DNA from: Glycera tridactyla
Taxonomy: Eukaryota
Direction of reading: 5' to 3'
Length of the DNA: 64,000 bases
Assembly: GCA_965644265.1 (NCBI GenBank)
Contig: OZ286467.1
Coordinates: 57,412,001-57,476,000, forward strand
Of the stretch, positions 27,501 to 39,195 are shown in pieces; within the stretch, counting starts at the first letter, position 1; each line of letters begins with the position of its first letter. The notes beneath the pieces were generated by a model that saw only the letters and a program-made list of their open reading frames with translations, ran no database searches and was not told the origin of the DNA. The translations under genes and the position numbers were made by a program.

Positions 27501-30500
27501 TATAAGTTGACCCCACTATTTCACTTTGAAATGTCAGGATTGAGGCGAATTCTGACATGTTGGTTGACTGCATGGTGTTTGCTGTTCAATCCATGATGTT
27601 CTCCAGCTCACACATGCTGGATCTGGATAATTCTGTATTCGGTGATATATAGAAAAGACCATCTTCAATAGAAATTTTGGATTCATTGATGAGCATTGGC
27701 TGACTTTCACTTAGGCATTTCTACACTGTGCATACTTGAGACTGCCATTATTATGTCAGTATTGTTGAACCTGTCTATGAAGACCACCCTTGGTCACATA
27801 AAAAAGTGGCCTTTGTAGATAGGTTTTTCATAGAAAATGTAATCGCTGTCATAGCTCAGGGTGGCGTTTGTAGGCAGATGACCTCTGTATAGAGGTGGTC
27901 TTGAGCTGGTTCACCATTTATATACGTTAAGTAATTTCCAGCATTACAGGTTGCCAGTTGCCCATTCACCTAATTAATATTTTCAGTAATTTTATGCCAC
28001 ACCATTGTTTGGAATGCTTGATGGAAAGTGTTGCTTGTATTTTGAAAGATCTGTAGATTGAAATGGAGCTTCTTTCCCCTTTCATAGCTTTGGAACCACG
28101 CATCTGCACACGCTGGGATATCCATCGATTTGCCCGGGAAGCGTACGAGATGGGCATTCGTTACATAGGTGGCTGCTGTGGATTTGAAGCCTACCATATC
28201 CGGGCTGTAGCAGAAGAACTAGCGAAGGAACGAGGGCGTTTGCCAGCTTCGTCTGAGAAACATGGACAGTGGGGTGTAGGCCTTGCTATGCATACCAAAC
28301 CATGGGTTCGCGCCAGGTCTGTGAACAAATCTTGTAATATTTTCCTGAAATCAATATTCCATTATCTGACAGATTTGCAAAAATAGAACGTTTTGAATAT
28401 CTATTTTGTGGGCAAAACATCCCTGAAGAGCAAATTCATATGAAGTGAGTATCACAGAAGCCAAGATGACATAATGGTCATCATGTTGAAAATGATAGAG
28501 GAAAGCTCCACCAAAATTATCACCGAAAAGAAATCATCATGGCCAAGATTTTGTTTCAGTATCGAAAACAAGGCAGAAGTCCACAATTCATACAATGCAC
28601 CAATTGAGATTCCTTTAAATGTAAGGATTCAAAAGAAAAACTCATGCAGCTACTGACATCTAGCTCAGGTAATTGGGCAGATGTTCTGATTTTGATTATT
28701 TGTGTGCAGGGCACATCGAGCATACTGGGAGAAGTTGAGGCCAGCGTCCGGTCGTCCGTACTGTCCTGCGATGAACCGACCTGCGTGCTGGGGAGTGACT
28801 GCTGTAAGTATAATATACAAATGTACTGGTAGCCAAGATGCTGCAGATCATGTCATATCAAAATTTCTCAGCTGTAGTGAACAAGGTTGATGCATATCAC
28901 AGATATCAGATTTCTAAAGGTTGCCAGTGTATCTGCATGGATCCTCATTGATTACTATTTACTGGGCCCAGAAGTTCTCTGGTGTGGGCCTCTCTTTTCT
29001 GATCAGTTCATACTCATATTTAGATGCAATGTGTACCCTTGTAGCTATCGGTTGTCTTCAAGGAACAGGAGTCAAGATTCCTTCAATCTTGGTTGGGCCG
29101 CCAGCTCTCCATCCTTCAGGTGTCTTGAGATTCGAAGTGCCAAAAACCCCAACCTGGTATTTCACTGATGACCTGCCCATATATAGTCCAGTCAATAAAC
29201 AGTTGAGGTTCAACAAAATTGTCAGAAAAGGTTTCTCAATGGAATTCATTTCTTTGGCACCTCCTAATTACCAGAAAAAAAGTTTACCAAAATTTGCCCT
29301 GGGCAACTGCCCCAAATATGGCCAAATCCAAGATGGCCGCCATAAAAAGGTCAGAAATCTGAAATATGCAATAATTTTGGTGACAGTCAAGATAAAAACC
29401 TGTTTAATGGGTCCATTCATATCTGCTTTCAATGAGTGATGTGATGGAATAATCATTTTGTTGAAAGAGTTTGCAAAAATTGGCCAAATCCAAGATGGCC
29501 ACCATCAAAATGTCAAAAAATCAAGAAAATGCCATAAATATTGCACCAATCAAAATAGAAACATGTTTAATTGCTCTATTGATATTGCCTTTCAATGAGA
29601 AATGCAATGAGATGACCATTCCTGAAAGAAGTCTCGCAAAAATGGGCCAAAAATTCAAGATGGCCACCATCAAAATGTCGAAAAACGAAGGAAATGACCT
29701 AAAAATGACACAAATCATGATAGAATCATGTCTAATGGCTCTATTCATATTGCCTTCTAATGAGCAATGCAATAAGATGATGATTTCTGAAAAAAGTATC
29801 ACAAAAATAGGCCAAATTCAAGATGACCAGCATCAAAATGTCAAGAAAACAAAAGCAATACCGCAAATATGGCACCAATTAAGATGGGAACATATCTGCT
29901 TTCAATGAGCTTTCAATGAACATGCTGTGGGATAATAATTTTTGAAACAATAGCACTGAAACCAGAATTCTTTCGAAAAATTATGAATTTTTATATAGTG
30001 ATAATTTAACTATGAGATTGTATTGAACAGATTCAAACCCTAATCTTCCTTTCCCAGTACTTGATGAACAAAATATGGAACTATTGTTTGATCTGCAACT
30101 ATTTTCATAATAAGACAGTTGCAAAAAGCCACCATTAAGATGAGCATTGGTTGCCACATAAGGAGACCAGAAACAAAGCATTGCCGTCATGTGAAATCAC
30201 TTATGAGAATATTCCAGCAATTACCAAGTCATAAATGTGCAGTGTGAATTTACAGAGTGGCCACATTGATGAATATCACTGCAAGACTGAATGAAATCAA
30301 ATTGTAATTCTACTTTGCATGTTTTATATCAGTATAGTCTGTCAAACAGGTGGGCTTGGCAGGCAGGCAGACCAGTGCAGTTTAGTGAGATCATCTTGAC
30401 TACCACAGGTAACATTACCTTTGCATCAATGCATGATACCATTTATGATGGCCACATGCCATGCTACATTGCAGTCCATTTTTTCTGCATCAAGTATGAA

Positions 30501-33500
30501 TTATCTCAAAGTCACAGGACAGATACATCTGATGGTTGTCAAGATGCTGGTGCAGGAACTTGGCCCATTCTATGTGGCTTCAAGGCATATGCTTGTAGCT
30601 GTATCTGAAGATACTGACACGATTCTTTCTGCTGTAAGTTGTTGTCTAACCAGGATTGTACCTAAAGGTAGACTCGCTCACTGTAGAATGTGACGGGATC
30701 CTATTTAGATTCCAACCATGGAAAGGACCATAATGCATTGCAATGGCTTGATTTCCAGCCTTCTCTGATTTCTCATGGCTTACATCTGCACCAATAAACA
30801 ATTTTCAGATGTCCTGCAGCACAGCATATTTCTCTAGAGCTGAAATTGTTTTCAATGTCATTTGGTCTTGATGTTGTGTCACACTGAGACAATAAGTGAA
30901 TGAAAAGTGAGTTTCTGAGGTCAGAGCTGTGGTTTCTCTGTTAGATTGATATGTCAATGAGGTTTGTGCTTGACTGAAAAATGAGTCTCATTGCCAATCA
31001 GATTGAAGTGGTACTGGAGTAGCATGAGCAGGTATGTGTCATGCCCCACAACAATCACCAGCCACTCACAGCAATATAGCAGGCAGCATTGTAATGTCAT
31101 AGTCAGCATCATCAGATGAATGTTGAACTTGAATGCCTTTTTCTTTCTCCGGTACAGACACAAGGAGAAATATGAACAGCTGTTTGTTTTTGAGATTTTC
31201 CAGAAAAGACTTTTGCATAACACCACCATATTTGTGCCAACATTGACCTCCATTCCCATGTCACTACCAGCTATCCTCTTATGAGTCCCATCTTTAGTTC
31301 AGTCAAGTGAGATGATGAAGCATTGGCCTTCCATCAATGACACAGCTCATTAAAGGAGGCTTGATACTTCCAAAGCTGGAGACCAGAAGGTGCTCATATG
31401 GTTTCTCAGAAATGAACACACATGGGGAGCAAATGCATTACTGGTCCTATTCACCCTCCTTATTCAACCCCACACTATCCATGTGACTGTTGGACAAGGC
31501 CGATCACAAGAATGAGCTGATGAGAGAGGTATCAATGTGTTTGCCTGAGGAACATCCCATCTGTGTAATATAAGTCATTGATCATGAGACTATCATCCTT
31601 CAGACAAGCACAGATCTTATAGATATAGCTATCTGTCAGGGCCAGGAAGACCTTGGCCTTGACCTCAGTCACTCACTGCTCTTTATTCATGTATTGTCTT
31701 GGTATGACACCACAACGAGACCGTATGGCATTTGAAAAATTGCAGCTCTTGGAAAATATGCATGAAACTTCAAAACTATACATGGCTGCTAATTTAAACC
31801 ATGAGAAATTGGAGAAGGCTGGATATCAAGCACTTGCAATATTGTATTTTTCTATCTATGGGTCGAGTCTAAATTTTGAGCATGCATTGAAATTCACAGA
31901 AAAAAAAAAGTATTCAGCTCATCCTATCAACATCCTGAATGTCTCCCACCAGCGTCAGAATCCGCCAAGTTTTAAAACCAAAGGATCTACCTAGGTGCTC
32001 CTGATCAGGCAATAACTCAAAGCTGACCCAAATGGGCAGCAGCATCTTGAAAACCCTCAGATGTATCTGCACTGGTGAATGATGATGCATGTTCAGTGCA
32101 GAAAAATGGACTGCAATGTAGCATGGCATGTGGCCATTCTGGAGGGGTATCATGCATGAATTAAAACGGTAATGATTCCTCAGATAGTTTAGGTGATCTT
32201 ACTACACTGGTCCCACTGTCTACCTGCCTGACAAGCCCACCTCATTGACAGGCTTTACTGATATCGGATATCAGTAGGAGAATTACAATTTGATTTCATT
32301 CAGTCTTGCGGTGATATTCATCAATGTGACTACTCCATAAATTCTCACTCACATTTATGACTTGATAATTGTTAGAATATTCACATAGCATATCTTAGTT
32401 TGATTTCCATTATATCTTCACTTTAATGATATGATGGGGAGGGATTTCCTTGTTTTTTGTGGCTATTCAGCAACTGTCCCATCGTGAAATTTGTTGTAGA
32501 TGAAATTATAGCTCCATATTTCTCTCATCATACTGAAAGTAAGGGAAAAGAAAGATTGTAGAATGAATCTTCTCAATACAATCTCATAGTACAACTACCA
32601 TACATTACTGATAATTTGTAATTTTCCAAAAGATTTTCAATTTCTATGAAATTGTTCTTAGAAAAGATTCCCTCATTGTGTTGCTCATTGAAATCAGATA
32701 TGGACAGATCCAACGAACATGTTTCCATCACGATTAGTACCATATTTATGATATTTTCTTTGTATTTTGACATTTTGATGGCAGCCATCTTGAATTTGGC
32801 CAATTTTTTTCAGACTTTTTTTAAAGGGAAGATCATCCTGTCGCGATATTTAATGAAGCGTCTGCCTTCAGAGGTAATATTTCAAGTAGTCTGTATGGGA
32901 GGTTAATAAACAACTCGAATCCGCCATGCGCGTTATGTCATCTCTCAACATGGTGGCAGCGGTCAAAACTGCTTAATAATGTCAGAAGATGCTGCCAGTT
33001 TGCTGTCAACTGTTGGTGCTTGAGAGAGAAGAGTGCCAAGATGTCTCAGAAGAAAGAAGAGTGCTTGTTGTTTCAACTGAAGGTTGCTGTGAGTGAACTG
33101 TCAAACCAGTGAAGTGGCTTCACTTGTCAAGCACATGTCAGCCATGTGTTCATGTCAGCAGCAGTCTCCTGTGCCCAATGCCAGTTTTCTGAGAGTCATC
33201 CAGTGGTCTTCTGTCTGATGTTTGTGTAATGTCAACATGATGAACTGCTCCATTGATGAATGCACTGAATATCACAAGCTATCCCAGTCAGCTGAAAATG
33301 CCTTCAGCCAACAGTCATCAGTCTGTCCTGTCTCTGGCGTCAGTCATCCACATGCTGAAGTATGTTGTATGTGTGCCCATTCAGCATGAACTACCAGTGC
33401 CGGTCGAGTTCTGCGTCTGTCATTAACAACTGACATTTGTCGCTTGCGTGTCATGTGAGAACAACAAGCAATGTACATATCGCTCGTGTGCATTGTCAGC

Positions 33501-36500
33501 CAGCTACATCTGTTGATATGGTGCCCAGTTGAGTTACATCTGTTTTGTCAGACATGAGTCACATCTGTCAGTCATGTGCTACAACAGTCGTGCCATAATT
33601 GCCAGTCGTGTGCCATCGATAAACCATCAGCTGTCTACGTCAGTCGTGTGTCACATTTTTCTGCCATAAACTGCACAAATGCATCTGTCAGTGCCGTGTC
33701 ACGTCGGTGAATAGTGTGTTTACATTCACAGTCACGAATGCCTTGGTCAGTGTCATATTACGTCGGTGTATCGTGTGTCTATATTCACAGCCATCTACCT
33801 AAAATTAGACTTACATTTGTCGCTCACATTAATTGTATAGTTGGTGCTGATAGATGGTAAATATGTTCAAGTTTGCACCACCAGAGCCCTTGGATTTTGA
33901 TAATCCCTCCAGTTGGCCAGAATGGAAGAGTCGATTTTTACGGTATAGGCTGGCAACCAAATTGAACAAGGAGGATGGTATAATTCAAGTCAGTTCGCTC
34001 ATCTATGCAATGGGTCGCCAAGCTGAGCATATCTACAAGTCATTTAAATATACCAGTCATTCAGGGTCGACAACTCCTCCAGGAAGTCAGTCCCCATCTA
34101 GTCAAGCTGCAGCAGGGGACCCGTCTGAAGATTTTGAAACTGTCTTACAGAAATTTGAGGATTGGTTTGTGCCGAAAAGAAATACCATTCATGAACGCGC
34201 GAAGTTCAACTTGAGAGTTCAACGACCTGGAGAGTCAATTGAGAGTTTCGTCCGAAACTTACATGAGTTGAGTGCATATTGTAATTTCAAAGAACAAGAG
34301 AGTGAAAATATAAGAGACCGACTCATCTGTGGCATGCTCGACAAGGAGCTGTCCTTGAAGTTACAATTAGAGCAAGACAGCCTCACTCTCGAGAAAGCGA
34401 TTGACATGGCGCGTCATTCAGAGATGGTGAAAAGCCAAAATGAAGGTGACAGTGTGAGTGCCGTGACCACCAAATATAAGTCGTTTAAGTCAAAGTCGAA
34501 AGGTCATCAGTCGCGTACACCGTCAAGTCAGAAATCACAGTCAGCGTCCAAAGACAAATGCGGACGTTGTGGATACATCCATAGGTCGAAAAGAGAGGAT
34601 GCATGCCCAGCCATAGGTAAAGAATGCTCAAAATGTCATAAACTAGGTCATTTTCAGTCGGTGTGTCGCTCAACAAAATCTGGTGGAAATGTGCGCGAAG
34701 TGAATGAAGAAGAGTCCAGTGACAGTGACGAAAACCCAGCTTTGTTCCTTGGTGCCGTCGACTGCTCTGATTCAGAGCCCCCATGGAGATGTGACATTGA
34801 TATTGGTGAGAAGACAGTCCCATTCAAACTTGATACTGGGGCAGACACATCCATCATTTCCTATGACACATATTTGTCTTTGAGGCCCAGACCCAAGCTC
34901 AAGCCGCTCTTGAGTCATCTCAACTCACCCGGTGGCCCTCTTGAATGTGTTGGACAGTTCATTGCTCAAGGTCGAGTGAACTCAAATGAACAAAAGTGCT
35001 CATTCAGGGTGTGTGTTGTTACAGGTAAACAGGAAAATTTGCTGAGTCGAGGTGTTGCAAGCAAAATGGGTCTTGTCGAATTGAAAGTTTCAGAAATGAC
35101 TGAAGTATTTGGTGACATTGGTTGTATGAAAACTGATCCAGTTAAGATTGTGCTCAAAGAGGGTGCCAGTCCTTATGCCTTGGGCGTAGCTCGTAGAGTT
35201 CCGATACCCCTTTTGCCAAAAGTTGAACAAGAAATTGAGAGACTTTTAGAAGCAGGTGTTATTGAAGAAATCACCAAGCCCACATCATGGTGTGCCCCCA
35301 TGGTGCCCATTGTAAAAAAGTCAGGTAAAGTTCGACTTTGTGTTGACCTGGGTAAACTGAATGATTCCGTTGAACGAGAGAGATTCATTTTGCCTACTAT
35401 TGATGATGTCACATCCAAACTGTCTAATGCCAAGGTATTCTCATGCCTGGATGCTGCCAGTGGGTTCTATCAGATTCCTTTGGTAGAAGAGAGTCGTGAA
35501 CTCACAACATTTATAACACCTTTTGGTCGTTATTGTTTCCGACGCCTGCCATTTGGCATCACATCTGCTCCCGAAATTTTCATGCGGAAAATGTCACAAT
35601 TGTTGGAAGGTTTGAGTGGTGTGTTTTGCTATATGGATGATATTTTGGTGTTTGGGAAAGACAAAGACGAGCATGATGAAAGATTGAAAAATGTGTTGAA
35701 TATTATCGAAGCATCTGGCCTGAAACTCAACAAAGATAAGTGTGTATTTGAACAGTCTGAACTATGTTATTTGGGACACAAGTTTGGACCAGAGGGTGTC
35801 AGTCCAGATCCAGAGAAGGTGTCAGCAATTCAGAATATGTCAGCTCCCTCGAACCTGACAGAACTGCGTCAGTTTCTAGGGATGGTTCATTTCCTAGGGT
35901 CATATTTGCCAAACCTTCACACTATCACTCGCCCTCTGAATGATTTGTTGAAGTCTGATGTTGTGTGGAATTGGGGTCCTCTTCAAGAGAAGGCATTTTC
36001 CCAAGTCAAAGAGTTAGTCTCATCTTCTTCAGTCCTTGCATATTATGATGCCACAAAGCCGACTTTGGTGTCAGCCGATGCCAGTAGTTATGGCCTCGGT
36101 GGCGTATTGCTACAGAAACATGGGGAGAAGTGGCGTCCAGTAGCGTGTTGCTCCCGCACACTCAGCTCAGCTGAACAAAAGTACGCCCAAATTGAGAAAG
36201 AGTGCTTAGCTGGTGTGTGGACTTGTGAAAAGTTTACCAGATTCTTATATGGACTGCCTGATGTGAAGCTTCTGACCGACCACAAACCCTTGGTGCCATT
36301 GATAAACAGTAAGGATCTCAACAGTGTTCCTTTGAGGTGCCAGCGCCTATTGATGAGGTTGATGCGCTTCAAGGTAACTGCTGAATATGCACCTGGAAAA
36401 ACTCTTGTGGTGGCAGATGCCTTGTCACGCAGTCCGATGATTTCTCGTGAGAAAGAAGATTCAGTGGAAGAAGTTGAATTATTTGTTGGTATGATTGAAC

Positions 36501-39195
36501 AGTCACGCCCTGCTTCTGAAAATAAGTTGAACGTGTTTCGTGTTGCTACTAAAGATGATCCTGTTTTGCAGCCAGCAATTATATATACTTTAACTGGTTG
36601 GCCCAAATTTGAACGTGATGTTCCCCAAGACTTGAGAGAGTTGTTTAATGTTAGAGGTCATTTGTCAGTCAGTGAGGGCTTGTTAACATATGCTGATCGC
36701 ATTATTGTTCCAAAAGTGATGCGTCCCGGTGTCCTTGACAGTATCCATGAGGGTCATCAGGGAACCACAAGATGTCTAGAAAGAGCCAGGATGTCAGTAT
36801 GGTGGCCTGGTATCACACAAGATATCAAGCAGATTACAAAATCATGTGATTTCTGTTTGTCTCACCAGCCCACACAGAAGAGCCCTTGATTACTTCACCA
36901 TTGCCCCAGGGTCCATGGTTGCGTGTTGGTGCAGATCTTGCTACATTGAAGGGCCACAATTATCTCATCATGAAAGATTACTATTCTCGCTACATTGAGA
37001 TTATACATCTAACTAGCACAACATCGTCATCTGTCATTGCTAAAATGAAAGATATTTTTGCAAGATGGGGAATTCCTCAAGAGCTAGTTTCTGATAATGG
37101 TCCGCAGTTTGCTTCATCTGAATTTCAGAAATTTGCTCAAGCCTATGGGTTCATCCATATCACATTCAGCCCACATTTGCCTCAGGCCAATGGTATGACG
37201 GAGCGTGCAGTACATACTGCAAAGAAAATCCTTCGGCAGAAGGACCCGTGGTTAGCCCTCATGATTTATAGGGATACACCCCATTCAGTGACAGGGTTCA
37301 GCCCAGCTGTCCTTATGATGGGAAGACATTTACGTACTAATCTCCCATGTCTCCCAGCCCATCTGCGTCCAAAATGGCCTGATGAGGAGCTTGTGCGAGC
37401 CAATGATGATGCCGCCAAAGAGAAATATGCCCATTACTATAACAAGCGGCATGGTGTTCAGCCACTCAGTGAGCTGCGCCCCGGCTCAAATGTTCTAGTG
37501 AAACTTGATGGTGAAAAACACTGGACCAGAAGAGGAAGTGTGAAAAATGTTGCAGGTACTCCTCGCTCTTATCTGGTCCAAACTGAGACAGGTTTACATC
37601 GCCGCAACCGGCGTCATTTGAGACCTGTTGAAGATTGTGGTTCTCAGCCAGGTATTCCACCTGATGGAAAATCACCACAATCAGCTCCATCGAGGTGTGT
37701 TATTCAGCGTCATGATGTCTCCACACCTAATGCTCCTATGCCCAACATCCCACATCACAATGATGTGCCATCTGCCTGTCCAAAAACCATGACACCAGTC
37801 AAGGTGAACATCGCCCCGACCCCATCCTTGGTGTCATGCACCCGTTCAGGTCGTACAGTAAAACCACGTTCAAGATTGCTTGAAGAAATTTGATTAGCGT
37901 GGTGAACACAAATTGATTAGTCACACGGTTGCTCAGTTTGTTCTACAGTTGCATCTTGCATTGGTCACACTGTATCAGGTAATACCCTGTTTCTGATCAA
38001 GTCTGTTGTTCTATATTTACTTTGTCATAGCAGTACTCAATCTTTGATGCTATATTGTCTATATATTGTCTTAAAGGGGGAGGTGTCGCGATATTTAATG
38101 AAGCGTCTGCCTTCAGAGGTAATATTCCAAGTGGTCTGTACTGGAGGTTAATAAACAACTCGAATCCGCCATGCGCGTTATGTCATCTCTCAACACATCC
38201 CATTGCATTTCTCATTGAAAACAGATATGGATAGAGCCATTGAACATGTTTCTATCTCGTTTGGTGCCATATTTATTGCATTTTCTTTGTTTTTTGACAT
38301 TTCGATGCCAGCCATCTTGAATTTGGCCTATTTTTGTGAAACTTCTTTCAGAAGTGATCATCTCAATGAATTGCTTGTTGGAAGCAGATATGAAAAGAGT
38401 CATTAAACATGATTCTATCGTGATTTGTGCCATTTCTATGGTATTTTCTTTATTTTTCGACATTTTGATGGTGGCCATCTTGAATTTTTGGCTCATTTTT
38501 GTGAAACTTCTTCTTGAGAATGATCATCCCATTGCATTGCTCGTTGAAAGGCAATATGAATAGAGCCATTCAACATGTTCCTATCTGGACTGGTGCAATA
38601 TCTATGGCATTTTCTTGGTTTTTTGACATTTGGATGGCGGCCATCTTGGATTTGGCCAATTTTTGCTGGCTATTTCAACAAAATGATTATTCCATCACAT
38701 CACTCATTGAAAGCAGATATGAATAGACCCATTTAACAGGTTTTTATCTTGATTGCCACCAAAATTATTGCATATTTCAGATTTCTGACCTTTTTATGGC
38801 GGCCATCTTGGATTTGGCCATTTTTGGGGCAGTTGCCCAGGGCAAATTTTGGTAAACTTTTTTTCTGTTAATAAGGAGGTGCCATAGAAATGAATTCCAT
38901 TGAGAAACCTTTTCTGACAATTTTGTTGAACCTCAGTGTTTTTTTCACCTTCGTTGACTGGACTATATATGGTTGTGCATGTAGATGGCAGCCACCAATG
39001 GGCGTAGGACATTTATTTTGTAGCATTGCCATCGGAGATGATGTGGCCTAGGTGATCCATGGTCATGAGTGATGTCTATATAAGCCATATGTGCATGTAT
39101 ATCTTGTTTACTTCCAGGGTCACGAAATCCTGAAACAGCAGAAGGAAATGACAGCTGCCGAGGAGTTGAAAGACCTCGCTGGCAAGATAGCATAG
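15540..39195 (+). CDS. BHMT: Betaine-homocysteine S-methyltransferase, complete, 397 aa
   Basis: Exons: 15540-15542 (ATG only, cgaaATG|gtgagt), 21691-21838, 22658-22776, 25696-25887, 27075-27405, 28088-28316, 28710-28803, 39118-39195 (1194 nt, phases consistent). Motifs: [52 protein letters not shown], Zn ligands GVNCHFDP and YIGGCCGF, and a C-terminal helix [26 protein letters not shown]. The ENRGN segment and C-terminal helix mark BHMT rather than mammalian BHMT2. The ATG-only exon 1 is the least certain part. Confidence 0.96.
16529..19193 (-). mobile_element. Solo LTR, 2,665 bp, in BHMT intron 1
   Basis: TG...CA ends (TGTAGCG / CGCCACA imperfect inverted termini); 4-bp TSD TAAC at 16525-16528 and 19194-19197. 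Removing it rejoins the flanks into a copy of the repeat unit seen near 16200-16250. On the - strand: TATAAAA at 18778-18772 and AATAAA near 16970. No internal retroviral ORF. Confidence 0.75.
19917..20090 (+). mobile_element. MITE family A copy
   Basis: CAGTCAAACCTGTCTATAAAGACCGCC...GCAGGTTTGACT. Confidence 0.8.
20228..21508. mobile_element. 1.28-kb non-autonomous Tc1/mariner-like element with nested MITE A (21118-21294, TA TSD) and a GATGTT microsatellite
   Basis: Perfect 24-bp TIR CAGTAAAACCTGTCTTGGGAGACC; a short relative lies at ~43345-43500. Confidence 0.72.
23611..23784 (+). mobile_element. MITE family A copy
   Basis: Same internal sequence as 5613-5790; ends CTACTG|TA. Confidence 0.75.
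23847..24068. mobile_element. TA-flanked MITE (GAGACC family); relative at 51598-51756
   Basis: CAGCGAAACCTGCGATGAGAGACC...GGTCTCTCATTGCAGGTTTCACAG. Confidence 0.7.
26209..26386 (-). mobile_element. MITE family A copy, reverse orientation
   Basis: TA|CAGTGGAACCTG...CAGGTTCGACTG|TA; another reversed copy at ~5165-5324. Confidence 0.82.
30420..31350 (-). pseudogene. Degraded Academ-type transposase C-terminal region (XPG/FEN1-like nuclease plus Cys-rich tail), left copy
   Basis: Broken frames on the - strand: [11 protein letters not shown]; [31 protein letters not shown]; [17 protein letters not shown]; [15 protein letters not shown]; ILTTIRCIC; [14 protein letters not shown]. Many stops and frameshifts. 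Confidence 0.72.
31660..32165 (+). pseudogene. Degraded Academ-type transposase C-terminal region, right copy
   Basis: Broken frames on the + strand: [20 protein letters not shown]; [15 protein letters not shown]; [14 protein letters not shown]; [11 protein letters not shown]; (CRK)[19 protein letters not shown]-stop. Confidence 0.72.
32839..38195 (+). mobile_element. Ty3/Gypsy LTR retrotransposon (Mag-like), full length, 5,357 bp
   Basis: LTRs 32839-32950 and 38084-38195 (112 bp, TG...CA, 4 mismatches); 5-bp TSD CATCC (32834-32838, 38196-38200); PBS TGGTGGCAGCGGT 32951-32963 (complementary to the 3' end of tRNA-Leu AAG/UAG); PPT AAAGGGGGAGG 38073-38083; domain order gag-PR-RT-RH-INT. Confidence 0.97.
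33854..37893 (+). CDS. Gypsy gag-pol polyprotein with a single 1-bp frameshift near 36880
   Basis: 33854-36889: gag with Cys/His knuckles (CGRCGYIH..C; [14 protein letters not shown]), protease [26 protein letters not shown], RNase [10 protein letters not shown], integrase zinc finger H-x-GH..C-x2-C. 36886-37893: integrase core (GADL..SDNG..NGMTER) and RRNRRHL. The junction CAGAAGAGCCC lacks one G of the expected QKEPL. Confidence 0.93.

Larger units (their letters stand above)
29184..38965. mobile_element. Non-autonomous Academ-like DNA transposon made of two inverted 3' ends (~4.4 kb without the nested Gypsy element)
   Basis: Termini TAGTCCAGTCAA...TTGACTGGACTA; 4-bp TSD TATA (29180-29183, 38966-38969) in a palindromic target CCATATATGG. 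Long inverted arms with ~165-bp subterminal repeats, and degraded XPG-like and Cys-rich transposase sequence on opposite strands. Confidence 0.8.

Noticed and set aside
29441-29908. ORFs of 70-170 aa in the palindrome arms (also 38203-38726)
   Set aside because: Products of the ~165-bp subterminal repeats ([11 protein letters not shown]), not genes.
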